Positions 35,070 to 48,026 of a stretch of DNA of 64,000 nt are shown in pieces. Both the position numbers and the translations under genes were made by a program. The first letter of the stretch is position 1. The number at the start of each line of letters is the position of its first letter. The DNA comes from Lama guanicoe. Its lineage: Eukaryota. Below the pieces are notes generated by a model, which worked only from the letters and a program-made list of their open reading frames with translations, was not told the origin of the DNA and made no database searches. The stretch is from assembly GCA_013239625.1 (NCBI GenBank), contig MU057102.1, forward strand, positions 3,739,782-3,803,781, given 5' to 3'.

Positions 35070-36200
35070 CAGAGGGAACAAGTTTGGGGGTGAAGACTAT
35101 AAATTCAGTTTCAGACACATATATATGAGGTGTGCTGTCTAAGACTAAATGTCTAAGAGCTCAGGAGGGAAGTGTGGTCTGGAGACAGATATGTTTTTGA
35201 TTTTTTTATGGAGGTAGTGGGGATTGAATCCATGTCCTCATGCATGCTAAGCACGCACTCTACCCACCCCAGAAAAAGATCTGGCTTAGGACAGTGTTAC
35301 CAGAGCACCTAGGACAGGGCCAGTATAGACAGGTGCTCCACAGGCATGAAACACCAAGTCTGAACAGACTCTCACTTCAAAGTAATCGCACTGTTTAGAA
35401 ATCTCCACCTGACCCTAGGTCCTGCCAGAATGAATTCACAGCCTCAAACTCAAATGAACCCTCAGACTATATCATACTTTCCACTGAGTTATTCACTAGG
35501 TTTTCTGCAACAGCTATTTTGGATTTCTTTCCACACTGCTCAACTCTCAGCTCCTACTTTCCTTCTAATTCTCAGTAGATGTTTTCTTTTCCTTATTCAC
35601 AGTGAAAATAGAAGTTATCAGAGAATCCCTTTGCTTTCATCCCAGTAAACACAAGTTACTTGCAACGGCAACCCATCTTCCTTTCTGTGACACTTAAAAG
35701 TGGTTTTCCTGTGTTCAAAGAGAACTTCGCTGCATGTCACTCCCTCCTACCTTGCAGAGGACCTCGCTTCACACCTGCCTCTTCTGCCCTAGCAAACCTC
35801 TCTCACTGGCTCCCTTCCACCAGCTTTAGGCTGCTCCAGAACCTCCCATCTTAAATCATCTCTGCACCATCATCACTCAAGCTCCCACACTTCCTCCTCC
35901 ACAGCCAAACACCCAGTTACCTACATCTCCATTTCTGTATCCTTCGACTTCTGGTCAGCCCACCATGCCAATGAAACAGTATTACTCTTAGCAAGGTCAT
36001 CAAAAGTCTCACTGTTGCTAAATCCAACATACACCTTTTACTCCTTTTCCTATTTGACTTTCAAATGGCATTTGACACGCTTAAGTATCTTTTCTCTCCT
36101 AGAAACATCTTCTCTCTTTGGCCCCATGACATAACGTTCCCTTGGTCTTATTCCTGCTTCCCTGGCCACTCTTCGCTCTGAAGACTGTAACCTCTTTTAG
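35070..36200. mobile_element. LINE-2 remnants
   Basis: TTGCTAAATCCAA...ATTTGACTTTCAAATGGCATTTGACAC and GAGCTCAGGAGGGAAGTGTGGTCTGGAGA resemble L2. Confidence 0.5.
35191..35270 (-). mobile_element. Truncated second copy of the same tRNA-derived SINE
   Basis: GGGGATTGAATCC...CATGCTAAGCACGCACTCTACC, similar to 33950-33990. Confidence 0.7.
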
Positions 36201-37052
36201 TCCAACCTCGTTGTCGCCACTGGTGCTCCCTTCAAGTCAACTGCCACCCATATGCTAGGGACCAACAAACATCTGTCTCTCTCCTTCCCGAGCCCCAGTC
36301 TCTGTATTCCATTGACCAGACAGGCAAGCTGGTGGAAAGGCCGCCTGACTTGGGTGGACCCTGGCCACTTGGCTGAGGAATGACACTGCTGAGCATGTGT
36401 CACGCCCAAAGCGGAGGGTGGGCGGGAATTAACTGTACTGTGACTTCTTCTCCAAGGTATGCTAGGCTCACTAAACTGGACACTTAGAAAGCACTGTATG
36501 GACTAAGGTACTTTATTATAAGAATAACACGTGTTAACCTGTCTGGAAAGAGATTTTTAATAGCTTGAAATTCTAGGAGGCTTAGGCCGCCGACTGGGGC
36601 TTTCGGCTGCCTCTTCCAGTTTGGGAACGAACACTCCATACAGGTACCTGCAGGAAGCAGCCAGGTAACTTAAGTGAGCCAAGTGGGTCAGGCGAGTGGT
36701 CGTGTCTTACCTGAGGGGCAGCTCTAGGTGATTGGTGACACTCGGGATTCTGGATCCAATGTTGCCAGATCTGATTTTCCTACGGAAGCTGCAGGACTGG
36801 GTATTTAAAGCGTAAGTCTTTTATTAACAACCAACTAATCAAAAAAAAAAAAACAGACACCGCGGACCCCACCAAACCGACGGGCGAGGAGCTCCCCGCT
36901 GCCCGGCGTCGCGGGAGTTCGATCGCTCGGGGACGTCCCCCGACCCGCTCCTCCGCCGCGCGGCCCGGCACACGCCGCCCTCCGTACGGCGAGCCCCTGA
37001 GCAGCAGTCTCCGCAGAAACAGCCACGTGGGGACGGTTGGGAGCCGGGCTAC

Positions 37053-37130
37053 CTGGGCGGGAGCCGCCGCAAACACCTCCCGCGAGCTCGACGGCGGAAG
37101 TCCGTCTCGAGGCCGGCGCGCCGCGCACGC
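37053..37130 (-). other. TMEM175: Putative non-coding first exon of TMEM175
   Basis: Inferred from the CpG island position and a - strand donor CAG|GTAGCC at 37052; TSS not determinable. Confidence 0.4.
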
Positions 37131-37336
37131 GCGAACCGCGAGCAGCGCTCTGCGCACGCGCAGCCGCCGCGAAGCGGAAGTGAGGCGCTACGCTCTTCCG
37201 GGCGGCGCCGCGGCCCCGCGCCTGCGTCGCGCCGTCGGGCGGAAGCTGGGGCGGCTCGCGGCCGGCGGTTGCCCAGCGGACCCGGACGCCGCTGGACCCC
37301 GAGCCCTCCGCCCGGCGCCCGCTGCCGGCCGCCGCC

Positions 37337-37481
37337 ATGTCGCTGCTGCAGTCTGCGCTCGACTTCCTGGCGGGCCCGGGCTCCCTGGGTGGCGCTGCCG
37401 GCCGCGACCAGACTGACTTCGTGGGGCAGACGGTGGAGATGGGCGAGCTGCGGCTGCGGGTGCGGCGCGTCCTGGCCGAGG
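37337..37481 (+). CDS. GAK: GAK exon 1
   Basis: MSLLQSALDFLAGPGSLGGAAGRDQTDFVGQTVEMGELRLRVRRVLAE; GCCGCCATG Kozak. Confidence 0.96.
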
Positions 37482-40400
37482 GTGAGGCCGGGGCCGGGGG
37501 CGCGAGCCGGTCGCGGGGAGGGTCGCCGCGGGGCCGAGGGTCACGGCCGGCCGGGAGGTGGCTGCTGAGGGTGAGGCCGGTGTCGGGCTGGGCACTTCCT
37601 TGTCGGAGGCCTGGGGTCAGGCTGGGGCAGGGGAGTGGAAGCAGCAGGCGTGGGGCCGACCGCGCCTGGGGGAGGGGCTGTGGCGGTGGGAAGGACGTTG
37701 GGCAGGCGGGGAGCGTGAGTGCGGGGCCACAGTGCAGGCGGTGGCGGGGCGGAAGGGTGCTGCAGGGCTGCAGGCTGGAGTCTGGGGGCAGGCAGTGGGG
37801 CTGGGTGGGTATAAGCCACGGCCCTTCCCTCGCATCTAGGGCAGTAGTAGGGGAGTGGGACGCGACTGGACCTCTGGACAGAGGTAGGGCTGGCTCTCCT
37901 CAGGTGCCGGGAACTTGGGCGTGGGTGATTGCAGTTCCGCTCTCCTGGAGCGTTGGACAGACGGCGCAGTGTCCTTTAACCAGGCTTTCCCGTCTTACCA
38001 TCCGAGCGTTCCCCTTGCCTCGAACGTCTGTCTGTGAGTCCATGGAACTTACGGAGAGCTGAGCTAACAGCTGTTATCTGTACCGAACATTGCAGGTTGG
38101 GCTGGTCCGTCGGGGAGGAATTTCCGGGTAGAGCTTTAGTCGGCTGTGTTTCTGCTGCTGTTTCTAGCTTCCTGAACGCCCTCTCCCTTCCCTTCCTCGC
38201 ACTAGAATTTATCACCAGTGTTGCCGCGGTCCTGTTTTCTCCTCTGGGTTTTTCTTTGTTGTCCAGTGGCGCGTACAAGGGTATGTTGGATTCCGCTAGC
38301 TGTAGCGCTCGCCAGCTAAATACAGACGGCTTTGGGGCTGGTGCTGAAACAGAACTATATCCCCTGTGTTAGGATGGGGCGGGGGAGCGGTAGAGTGAAC
38401 CACCAAGCCTGTCTCTGGTGGCTCTCAGACCTGTAGGCTCACCCTGTCAACGGCGGGCACCCCTGCTGCCATTTGAGCTCAACCAGCTGACCATTTTGAT
38501 GCCCGTCTCCTGAAGGCCTGAGGCACTACTCTGGCCTTAGCATCATCACACACTTTTTCTCCAGGGTCAGAAGCAAAGAGATTTGGGTTGATTTGGTGAA
38601 GAAATTTTAGGCTCTTTTGGGAATGGGGGTGTGGTGGGACCGTATCTCTAGTAACATTATGAAGTGTGATATTTTGGCATATCTGCTAGAGCGAGAGTTT
38701 CCCCAGATCAGTTCATTTATTCTGAAGACAGCAGGCAAGTATTTTGTTTCTTCCGAAAGTTTATAGTGGAGAGTACATGGTTTCTGCCTTGTGGAACCTA
38801 AAGTAAGACACATGCTCTAAAAAGACAGCTCACTGCAGGGGCCCAGCTGAGGTGCAAGGGGTGAGAATGAACCCCTGCCAGGTGCAGGGGCAGGCCAGGG
38901 GTAGGAGAGTGGGAGGGGAAGCGGGTCATGGAAAGAAGGAAGCTCATGCCCGTGGCTTAACACCTAGAATGAAGAACAAGGAAACGGGGCAGCTGCTGTG
39001 GTTGTGCCACAGAGTGCGCTCCCCTGGCTGTCTAGGCAGGTCAGGAGCCACAGTCACAGTGCGGCTGTGAGCTGTGGACTTCCTCCTCTTAAACTTCACC
39101 GGTGGTTCACAGCCTCCAAAGCTCGTAGACTGGGAATTCAAGGTGCTTGTATAAGCATGAGCAAGGGCCCAAACCCAAAACCCTTGGGTACCTACCTGTG
39201 TGTCAGAGTTCTTCAGAACTTAGAAAAACAGTGCGTTCCTGTGTGTCCTGGGATACTGCCCCGGGACTTGGGGAAGTGTTGTACGGTCAAATGCATGAAT
39301 GTGTTTGTCACTGAATGAGTGAGTATCCTCTCTGTGGGATAGTTAAGTCTTCTGACAGCTTCACCGCACTTCATGTCAGGTGTTGCCCCACGTGAGTTTG
39401 TAATAGATCAGGTTTCGCTATCACATGTCTTAGGGAAAAAACATTGGTCTTTGTAGCTTTTTGGAATTTGCACTTGTCACCTGAAGTGAGTTGTAGGGCA
39501 GAACTGTGGAGCCAGATAGGTTTCTAATCTTTCCAGAATTTGTTCAAAATTTTCACTTTTTTAAAGCAGGTTATCGGGAGTACCCACAGCTCTGAGATGC
39601 CCAGTCCTGGTGGACTTCAAGTACATTCTGTGTCCTCTTGTCTTGGAAGCTGTGCTCCTGCTTCCTCTGCTAGAAAGGATAACAGGGGTGGGTCGCTATG
39701 CCCAGGCTAGGGTCTCGCCACTCAGGCCGCCACCTCTGTGCGGCTGCTTTGTCCTCTGGACTCGCGGCAGGTGAGGCGGACGACGTGGTGTGTGGCCACT
39801 GCGGTGTAGCTAGAGCAAGGCCTGCAGCCGTTGTGTAGTCTGTGTGGCAGGTGGTATGTGAACCTGAGGCATCAGCACCCGTTTACTGGAACGCTTGTGT
39901 GCCACGCGTGGTGTGGTTCCTGTTCAAGGGTGTGTGTTCTCTCTGGGGTCAGGGCTCACCTGAGAAGCCATGAGGACACCCCCATGTCACCTCCCAAGCC
40001 CTGGACGTCCGCCTGCTGCCTTCTGGCCACAGCTCTCAGCGGGCTCCTCCGTTGTGATCGGGTGAGGGCGCAGGGAGTGCACGGTGTGGCTGGAGCGGCA
40101 GTCGCGGGACCCTGTGGTAGTCAGGACTCTTGGCCGCAGGTTTCAGAAACCACTGAGGTTGGTGTCGTGGAGGCAGAGGACCCAGACCCTCCTGTAGGGG
40201 TGCTCAGCGCTTGCTCGGGTGGGTTTTGAAGATGGCTGGGCTGCCGTGGCACATCTCCCACTGAGGAAGCGCAGCTGGGCCCTTAGTGTCTCCTCCTCCA
40301 GGACCCAGAGGCCTGAGGGCGAGGGCAGTCTCTCCCAGGGAGGGCTCTGAGTGGACGTTTCTTCTTTGGATACCACAGAGCACAGATAGGCAGGGTCTTT

Positions 40401-41199
40401 GCAGCAGGGGCATGGGGCTTGGGCAGCTGGTTGATACCATCGGGATGCGACAGCCCCCATCTGGTCCCGAATGCTCGCTGTGCCCCTCCCCGCCCCGGCA
40501 AATGGGCAGCTTTGAGGTCAGCCATTAACTACGGTGACAGCGCCCAGCCCGGGATAGAAACGTTCACCACAGCAGCACTTGTGGGGTCCTGACTACTCGC
40601 AGAGCGCAGTCCCTGGTGTCAGGGCCATGATGCTCCTGACAGTGCTGAGGTCTGGGTGTCTGTAGCTTCCCAGAGTTGCAGGGGATTGGGGGGTGATGGT
40701 GGAGTTGGGGTGGGAGCCCAGGGGATGCTCTGGCCTGGGGGAACGGCTGGGTCCATCTTAGGTGTGTCCTGGAGAAAGATGTGTCCAGAGGACGTGAAGG
40801 TAAAAGCAGCTGCTGGAGCGGCTCCCAGTGGGCATGGCTGGGGGGCCGGAGTGGGGCGTCCATGGGCGTGTAAGTGCCGGAGCGGGACACAGTAGGGGGA
40901 GATCTCCATGGCAGGTGGCCACCCTGGGGAGGGGCTCTCCTCCCTCCTCTCATGGCCCCGCCGTCTGCGTGGGGCCGTGTCTCCCTGTCAGGTAGGTAGC
41001 AGGCTGTGATCTTGGGCGCACAGGGGGGATAACGGAACTCTGCTCCCGGGAGAGTCCGGTTCTTAGAAACAGCGCTGATGGAGGAAGCTCGTGGAGATCC
41101 CCCAGCTGCCTCCCGTGCTGCTGCCCCAGCCAGCGGTGCCCCTCACCCTATGGTCCGGGACCCTGTGCCATGGGAGGACAGGCAGCAGCCAGTCTCCCC

Positions 41200-44100
41200 G
41201 CATCCGCCTCACTTGGGCGCGCACGAGTGGCGTCTGGTGCTGTTGATCGATGCTTCTTTGGCTCATGAGTTGGAGAGTATTTCAGTGCCTGTTGGTCATT
41301 CAGGCCCGCTCTGTAGTTGCATGTTCACATGCTGTGCCTCTGTCTTTTAATTAAAAGTGATTTAAATTGAGTCATTTACATGGGGCGGTGTGGAGTTGAA
41401 GTGCTTTGACAGAGGCAAGCGTGGTGACGCAAACACCGTGCAGAAAGGACAGACGGGGCGCCCCAGGGAAACTTGTGCCCCAGACGCCCCGCCCTGCCGC
41501 CTGCCTGGTTTCCTCTTTTAGAAGGTCACGAGTGTGGCGCACGGAGCCCTGCGTGTTCACCACCGGCTTTAGGGGTTCCGGGCTCGCTGCCCTGATGCCT
41601 GCGGCCTGCGTGTGCACCCCGGCCGTGGGCCTGCGTGTTTCTGTTTTGGACTGTCAGCAGTGAAGCTGCCAAGGACGTTTTCACAGGGTTTCTTGTGTGT
41701 GTGGACATGTGTGTGTTTCACTCTTAGGTGAAATACCCAGGAGTGGACCGCTGGCCTTTAGGCCAGGTGTAGGTTTCACTTTACATGAAACAGCCAAACC
41801 CCTCGGATTTGGGCCGCGCCAGGTACCTCTGCCCCAGCGCGGCGCCTCGGTCGCCCACTGTCCTTGTGACAGCGGCTGGGTGTGTTCTTGAGCATGCACA
41901 GTGGCTGAATTTGTGCCTCCTTGGTGGTACAGCATGGAACACGAACACCTTTTCACCTGCTGACTCTCCAGTCGTGTGTCTTTTGTGTGTGTGAAATGTT
42001 TGTCCAGGTCGTTTCTCCACTTTTTATTGGGCAGCAGCTGTGGGAGTTCTCTGTTACTCCAGACGTTGAGTCCTGTCCTCATATAACATGTGACACGTGT
42101 GTGAGGAGGAGGAGATGAGACTGCCCCGATTCCGCAAGGCGCGCGGGAATGGCTGCCTAGGACAGGGTCTCGGCAGTGCCCGGTGTGGCCTTCCTTCCTG
42201 GGTGTTACGTGCTGGTGTTACTGTTTTCATTTGAGCTCTTCGTTTTGAGGTAGTTGTAGATTGACGTGCAGTTATAAGCAGTGATGCAGAGAGGTCCAGG
42301 CGCACCACCTGCTTCCCTATGGCAGCGTCCTGAGAAGCTGGCATTGCTGTCACAGCTGGGAGCAGGTGTTCGCATCCCCATGAGGGCCCCTCGTGCCTTT
42401 CGTGGCCACACCCACCTCCTGGACCCCTGGGAAGCACCTCTCTGTTCCCCTTCTCTGAAACTTTGTCATTGAAGAATGCTGTGGAAATGGAATCATGTCG
42501 TGTGGGCTTTCGGAATTGGCTTTTTTGCCTAGCATGACTCCCTGGGGACCTGTCAGGTTGTGTGGCATCGTTTGTCCCCTTCTGTTGCTGCAGAGCATGC
42601 AGGGTGTAGATGTACAGTATTTTACTCAACTGTTCGCTCCCTGGAGGACATCTGGGCTGTTTCCTGATTTTTTTGGGCAATAGAAATAAAGCTGCTCTAA
42701 ACGTTGGCGTGTGGGTTTCCGTGTGGACCCATGTCTCCGTTTCTCTGGAGCAAATGCCCAGGAGCACAGGCGCGGTGCCATGTGGCGGCTGCACGTTTGG
42801 TTGTGGAGAAAGTGGCCAGCCTGTTTTTTTTCTGGAGGAGCCACCCTGTTTCCCGTTTCCCACTGGCAGCGGGTGGGTCTCTTCATCTGCTCAGGCTGCT
42901 GAATGGGCCACAGACTCTGTAGTGTAAACAGCAGGTGGATTTTCCGGTCCTGGAGGCTTGGAGTCTGAGGTCAGGTGCCGGCAGGGTGGTCTCTGGTGAG
43001 GCCCCTCCCCTCAGTGGGCGCTCGGCACCTTCTTTGTAGACCAGTGGAGGGGCTGTCCTGGGGTCTCCCCTCTTCCTCCAGGCCTGTTGGATCAGGTCCC
43101 CGTCCTAGGATCTCAGTTAACTTAATCACCTCCCTGAATGCCCTGCCTCCAGATGCGGCACACTGGGGGCTGGGGCTTCAACATGTGATGTGCAGGGGGC
43201 ACATCTGTGTCGACACGGGGTGATCCGGTCTGTCTGCGTCCTGACCGGCGCTCTGTTGCATGTTGCCTTCGCCCTGACAGCTGTGCAGTGAGCGCTCACG
43301 GAGGCTGTCGGGGCGTCTGCCTCCAGGATGGCGGTGTGCTTGCTTCCACCCGCCATCCTTGCAGGGGAAGTGTCTCTGTGTCTTTTGCCTGTTTTCGAAT
43401 TGTGTTTTTGTTCTGAGTTTGAGAGCTTGTCATGTGTTGTGATGCGAGTCCTCCATCAGAAGCGCTTGCAGGCTTCTCTGGCAGCTGCAGCTGGGCGCTC
43501 TGTCCTCTGAACAGGGTCTGCCAGTGTCTCCTGTGTGAGCCCTGCTCTTGCTTTTGGGTCTGAGGCCTCTGCAGGGATCTGGGTCTCCAGGGCTTCCCTC
43601 CTGGTTTTTTCTAAAAGGCTCATAGCCTCCCATTTGCGTACTCTGTGTTAGTTACTGTGCAAGGTGTCAAGTTTAGATGGAAGCTCTTTTTGTTTGGCCT
43701 GTGGATGTCCGGTTGCTCCAGCACCGTTGGTGGAAACACAGTCCTTCCTCCACGGAGTTGCTTTGGAGCCTCTGTCGGAAATCACTTGGGCATATTTGTC
43801 TGGCTCTTTTTCTGGATTTTTCTCCGTTGTTCCATTGATCTATGACTCTGTCCCTCCCCCAGTGCCACATGGGCTTAATTGCTGTAGCTGTGTAACAGAA
43901 TTTGAAATGGGGCATTTTTTTTTAAGTTAGGAAAAATTTCAGAAATGCTGAAAAGTATAAAGAGTAACAGAACACACAATTTTGTCTCTGCTATCTAGAG
44001 TTAATAAATGTTAGCTTTTTCAGAAAGAAAAGTCACGTTTGGCTCCGGAACCTTTGTAAAAACTCAGGCGTCACAGGTGCTGTTGCAGGTCCCTCTGCCT

Positions 44101-47050
44101 CCTGGTTGCCCCCCCCCCCTCTCTCCAGAGGCAGCCACACCGTGAGTTAGTGCACATGCTTCCTGTTGGTGTTTTATACCTCGTCTGCGTGTTCTTGTAC
44201 ACACAGACAGCGCCTGATATGCTTTTGGGGCGTTAAATGTAATTTAAATGATGCTGTGTTTTAATATCTTAAAAGTGCTTTCACTTGGGACTTTTGCTCA
44301 GTACACATTTCTGATCGCCCGCCCGCTGTGTGTCAGGCACTGTTCTAGCTGCTGGCAACACAAATGTGAACGACCTGGGTGGCGTTTCTGCCTTCTGTGT
44401 CTACAGCCTGGTGGGAGAGACGGCAGACAGGTATCCCAGTGAGTGTAGTGCAGCACCAGGTATCAGGAAGTGCTGGGGCGCGCTGGGGAGGGGTGAGTCA
44501 GGCTGGGGTGCCCCCGCGGGGCTGTGGGGGTGGTCGTGGGCTTGGTGAGTCTGAGGAAGTGCAGCCGTGTCCGTGTGGCTGCAGCTGGGAGAGAGGCCAG
44601 AGAAGGGTCCCCAGGACTGTGTCACCTTGCTAAGGTCCCTTTTTAGTCCTGGAGACTTTCGGTAGAGTCCTGGAGGTTGTGTGCTTTACAACCTATCACC
44701 TGTAAGTAAGCACTGTTTTAGTCCTTCCTTTCTGATCTTCCTGCTCCTTGTTGGTTTTTCTAGCCTTCTTGCGCTGACGGGGCTCGCCAGTCGAGCGTAC
44801 TAGAGCTGAGAGCAGGCATCCCTGTGTCGTTCTTGGTCCTAGAAAGAAAACACCTGGAAGTCTTCTGTTAGCTGTGGGTTTTCCGTGGTTGCTGTTTCTC
44901 AGATTGAAGAAGTTTCCTTTGATTCCGAGTTTGTCGAACGTTTGTTTTTACTTCACTACTTAAAAAATCACGAGTGGATTTTACACGCGGACAGATGTTT
45001 CCTCTGTGTCTACTCGGGCTCCTCCGTCCCTGGTGGTTAATGGTGTGTGTACACTGATTGCTGTTCAGTGTTGAGCCAGTGTTGCCAACACTCCTGGGGT
45101 GGAGCCCACGTGGTCACAGCGTTCTGTCCTCACTGCATATCACCAGAATCACTTTGCTGGTCTTCTCCCAAGGATCGTTTATTTCCACACTGATGAGTGA
45201 TTTTGGTCTGTAATTGTATCTTTATTGTCTTCTCTGCCTCAGAAAATAGGCAGGGAACTGTTTTCTCCTCTTATCTTGGCAAAGACTTTGTGCAAAGATC
45301 GTTGTGCTTTCTTCGCTTCAGTGCTTGATAGAACTCACCAGCGAAGCCATCTGTTTCCTATTTCTACTATCTATTTTATGGATTTTCATCTATTTCCTTT
45401 CATCTGTTTTTCATGTGGATTTTTTTATTACTTAAATTTTCTCATGTCTGTCTTGAGATAAAAATGACATACAGGAACTTGGCACATACGTGTCAGAACA
45501 CTTTGAACATGTGCAGCCGAGTGCGCATCAGCGGAGCCACCGCTGTGATCAGGGTGGGAGCCATCTGGAGCCCGCGCAGTACCCCCCTCCCACCCCCGTC
45601 AGCCCCACCTCCCCCCCCACCGTGGGCCCCTGGCCTGCTGCGGGCCAGCCTCTGTCGCCGCACATCGTGTGTGTGTTCTGGGGCTTTCTGTGTGGGCACG
45701 TGTACTTCTTCCTGGCCCTTTCTTTCCAGCAGCTGTCTTTGCGTCCCGTGCCATGTGCTGGCGGTACCCGTCTGACCTGGGGGTGAGTGTGCTCCCTGTA
45801 GGGGCAGCTGGCTCCTGCCTCATTGCTGGCGTACGGTGGGTTGTTTCCAGCTTGGGCAGTTCCGCACAAGGCTGCTGTGAACGCTCGTGTACAGGTCTTT
45901 GTGTGGGTGTGTGCTTCCATTCTTCCCCGGGAAATACCTGGCAGTGATGACTGGGCTGTGGAGGGGCTGTGTGCTTAACTTGTCAAGAAGGCCAGACTGT
46001 TTTCCAAACTGATCGTGCCATTCGGTGTCCCCCGAGCAGGGTCAGCAGGGTGCACGGCACGAGGGGTGAGCAGCAGGCCCTTGTGGTGTAAGTGTGCCTT
46101 CCCGCAACGCGCAGGGACATGGAGCGCTTTGTCACGTGCCTGTGTGCCAGCTGTTTATCTTGGCCACGTGTCTTTTCATGTATTTTGCCCATTAAAATGT
46201 TGTTGAACTGAGCTTTCTTCACATTTTGTGGGTAGAAGACCATTACTGGGTGTGTGATTGGCAAAGTCCACACCCAGGGGCTTATCTTTTCACCCTCTCA
46301 ATGGTATAGTTCAAAAACCAGAAGTTCTTCACTTTGAAGAAGTCCATTTATCATATTTTTCATTTATGGATCATATTTTTGTTTTCATATCTAAGAAGTG
46401 TTTGCCTGACCTAGGGTCTGTAGAAATAAAGTTGACTTTTCACGTGTGACTGCCATCCCTCAACCTTCCTGAACTCATTTACTACTTTTGGGGGGTGGGT
46501 ACAAGGTTGTCTACGTAGACAATCACGTTGCCTGCAAAAAGAACTTTTTTCTTCTTCCTTTTCAATCTGGTTCCTTCTATTTCTTTTCTTGCCTGATTGT
46601 ACTGGCCAGGACTTCCAGTAAGGTGCTGAGCGTTTGCCTTGGCCCTGATCTTAGAGGGAGGCCTCTGGTCTCCACCGCCGAGCGTGGGGTCCCTGTGCGT
46701 CTCTCAGAGCTGCCCTTCACCTTCTCTCCCGCCTTTGCTGAGAGTTGTGGGTTTCATGATGTCATTCCCCACTATAGGGAGCTAGGAAAAGCGAAGCAAA
46801 TGGAATCAACAGAATTACACTGATTTTCGCTGTTAAACTAACTCCACCAAGTTGTGATGTTTTGTGCGTTTCTATGTGCTGTTGGCTTTGATTTGCCAAC
46901 GCTGAATTTTATTTAGAATTAACGCTTTAAGGATTCTTCCGTCCATGTGCATGTGTGATATTGGTCATTGATTTGTTTTTGGAGAACTGCTTTTGGTTTT
47001 GTTGATTTTTCCCTCATTAATCTCGTTCTTATGTTCATTTCCTTCCTGCC
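41200..47050 (-). mobile_element. Cluster of degraded, mostly antisense LINE-1 fragments in GAK intron 1
   Basis: Recurrent reverse L1 3' motifs (GGACATCTGGGCTGTTTCC, GCCAGACTGTTTTCCAAA, GATTGAAGAAGTTTCCTTTGATTCC); individual boundaries not resolved. Confidence 0.6.
42900..43200 (-). mobile_element. MLT1-type MaLR LTR
   Basis: GGAGGCTTGGAGTCTGAGGTCAGGTGCCGGCAGGG...TAACTTAATCACCTCC...GGGCTTCAACATGTGA. Confidence 0.7.
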
Positions 47051-47224
47051 TCAAAGCAAGATGTTTAAAGGGCAATATTACACCAATTGGGGCTATTACT
47101 GTTGCAGAAAACAAACTGCGGCCACAAGCCCAGCCTGTATTTTACTTAGTAAAGACATTTTTGAAGCTCATTTTTGAGTAAAATCACAGCACTGAACTGA
47201 CACATGTATTTTTCTAACTTTCAG

Positions 47225-47286
47225 GAGGGTTTGCATTTGTATATGAAGCTCAGGATCTGGGAAGTGGCAGAGAGTATGCACTGAAG
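47225..47286 (+). CDS. GAK: GAK exon 2
   Basis: GFAFVYEAQDLGSGREYALK. Confidence 0.95.
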
Positions 47287-47966
47287 GTAAAAAGGGTGAC
47301 AGCATTTTTATGGGGTTTTAGTTCGTTTTAAAGGAAATCGCTAAGTGACATTTTCAGAGGTTTGTTCCTTCTTTATTTTATGTTTCTTTCTTACAGTCTG
47401 TGTCTGTTTGTCTTATTTGTTATTTCAGTGTGAAGCCATCAGCAGGTCTGAGGACTTTAAAGCTGTGGCTTCCAGCTTTGGGGCGGGGACCCAGTGGAGG
47501 GTGGAGGGTGACCTCACAGTGTTGATACTGCCAAAATAAGGGCTCCACAGATGCCAGGAGTTTGAAAGCCACTCATGTGCAACAACGTGTCACAGTGTAC
47601 CTGTAAATGGGCGGCGGGGTCATCCGGCCCATGTCGGGTGCTGGGCGCACAGGCTGGTTTGTCTTGAGACTCGCCGAGGGCTGGTCTTGGTGCACAGCTG
47701 AGCTGGGGGCGTACTTGGACTGTGCGGTCCAGAGCCAGACCCATGTCTCCCCTCCCTTCCCTCTAGCCTGTTTGAAGAAAACCCTCCTGTTTTTAGTTTT
47801 TCTTGCATCCTTGGATCGTGACCATTTCCTAGGGTCTTTAAACTCTGTCACGTTTCTACGTGAGTTAGGCAGGGTGAGCTCTTAGATGCGTTGTGTTTGT
47901 TCTCTTGGATGCAGCATGGAAAGAGCAAATCTTTCATTTTCTCTCGTGTGTTCTTTCCCGATACAG

Positions 47967-48026
47967 AGATTACTGTCTGACGAAGAGGAGAAGAACAGAG
48001 CCATCATTCAGGAAGTTTGTTTCATG
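47967..48026 (+). CDS. GAK: GAK exon 3
   Basis: RLLSDEEEKNRAIIQEVCFM. Confidence 0.95.

Larger units (their letters stand above)
36850..37800. promoter_or_regulatory. CpG island: bidirectional TMEM175/GAK promoter
   Basis: CpG dense; ETS/GABP CGGAAGT at 37095 and 37175; NRF1-like TGCGCACGCGC at 37151; YY1-like GCCGCCATGT over the GAK ATG; E-box CACGTG at 37024. Confidence 0.85.
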
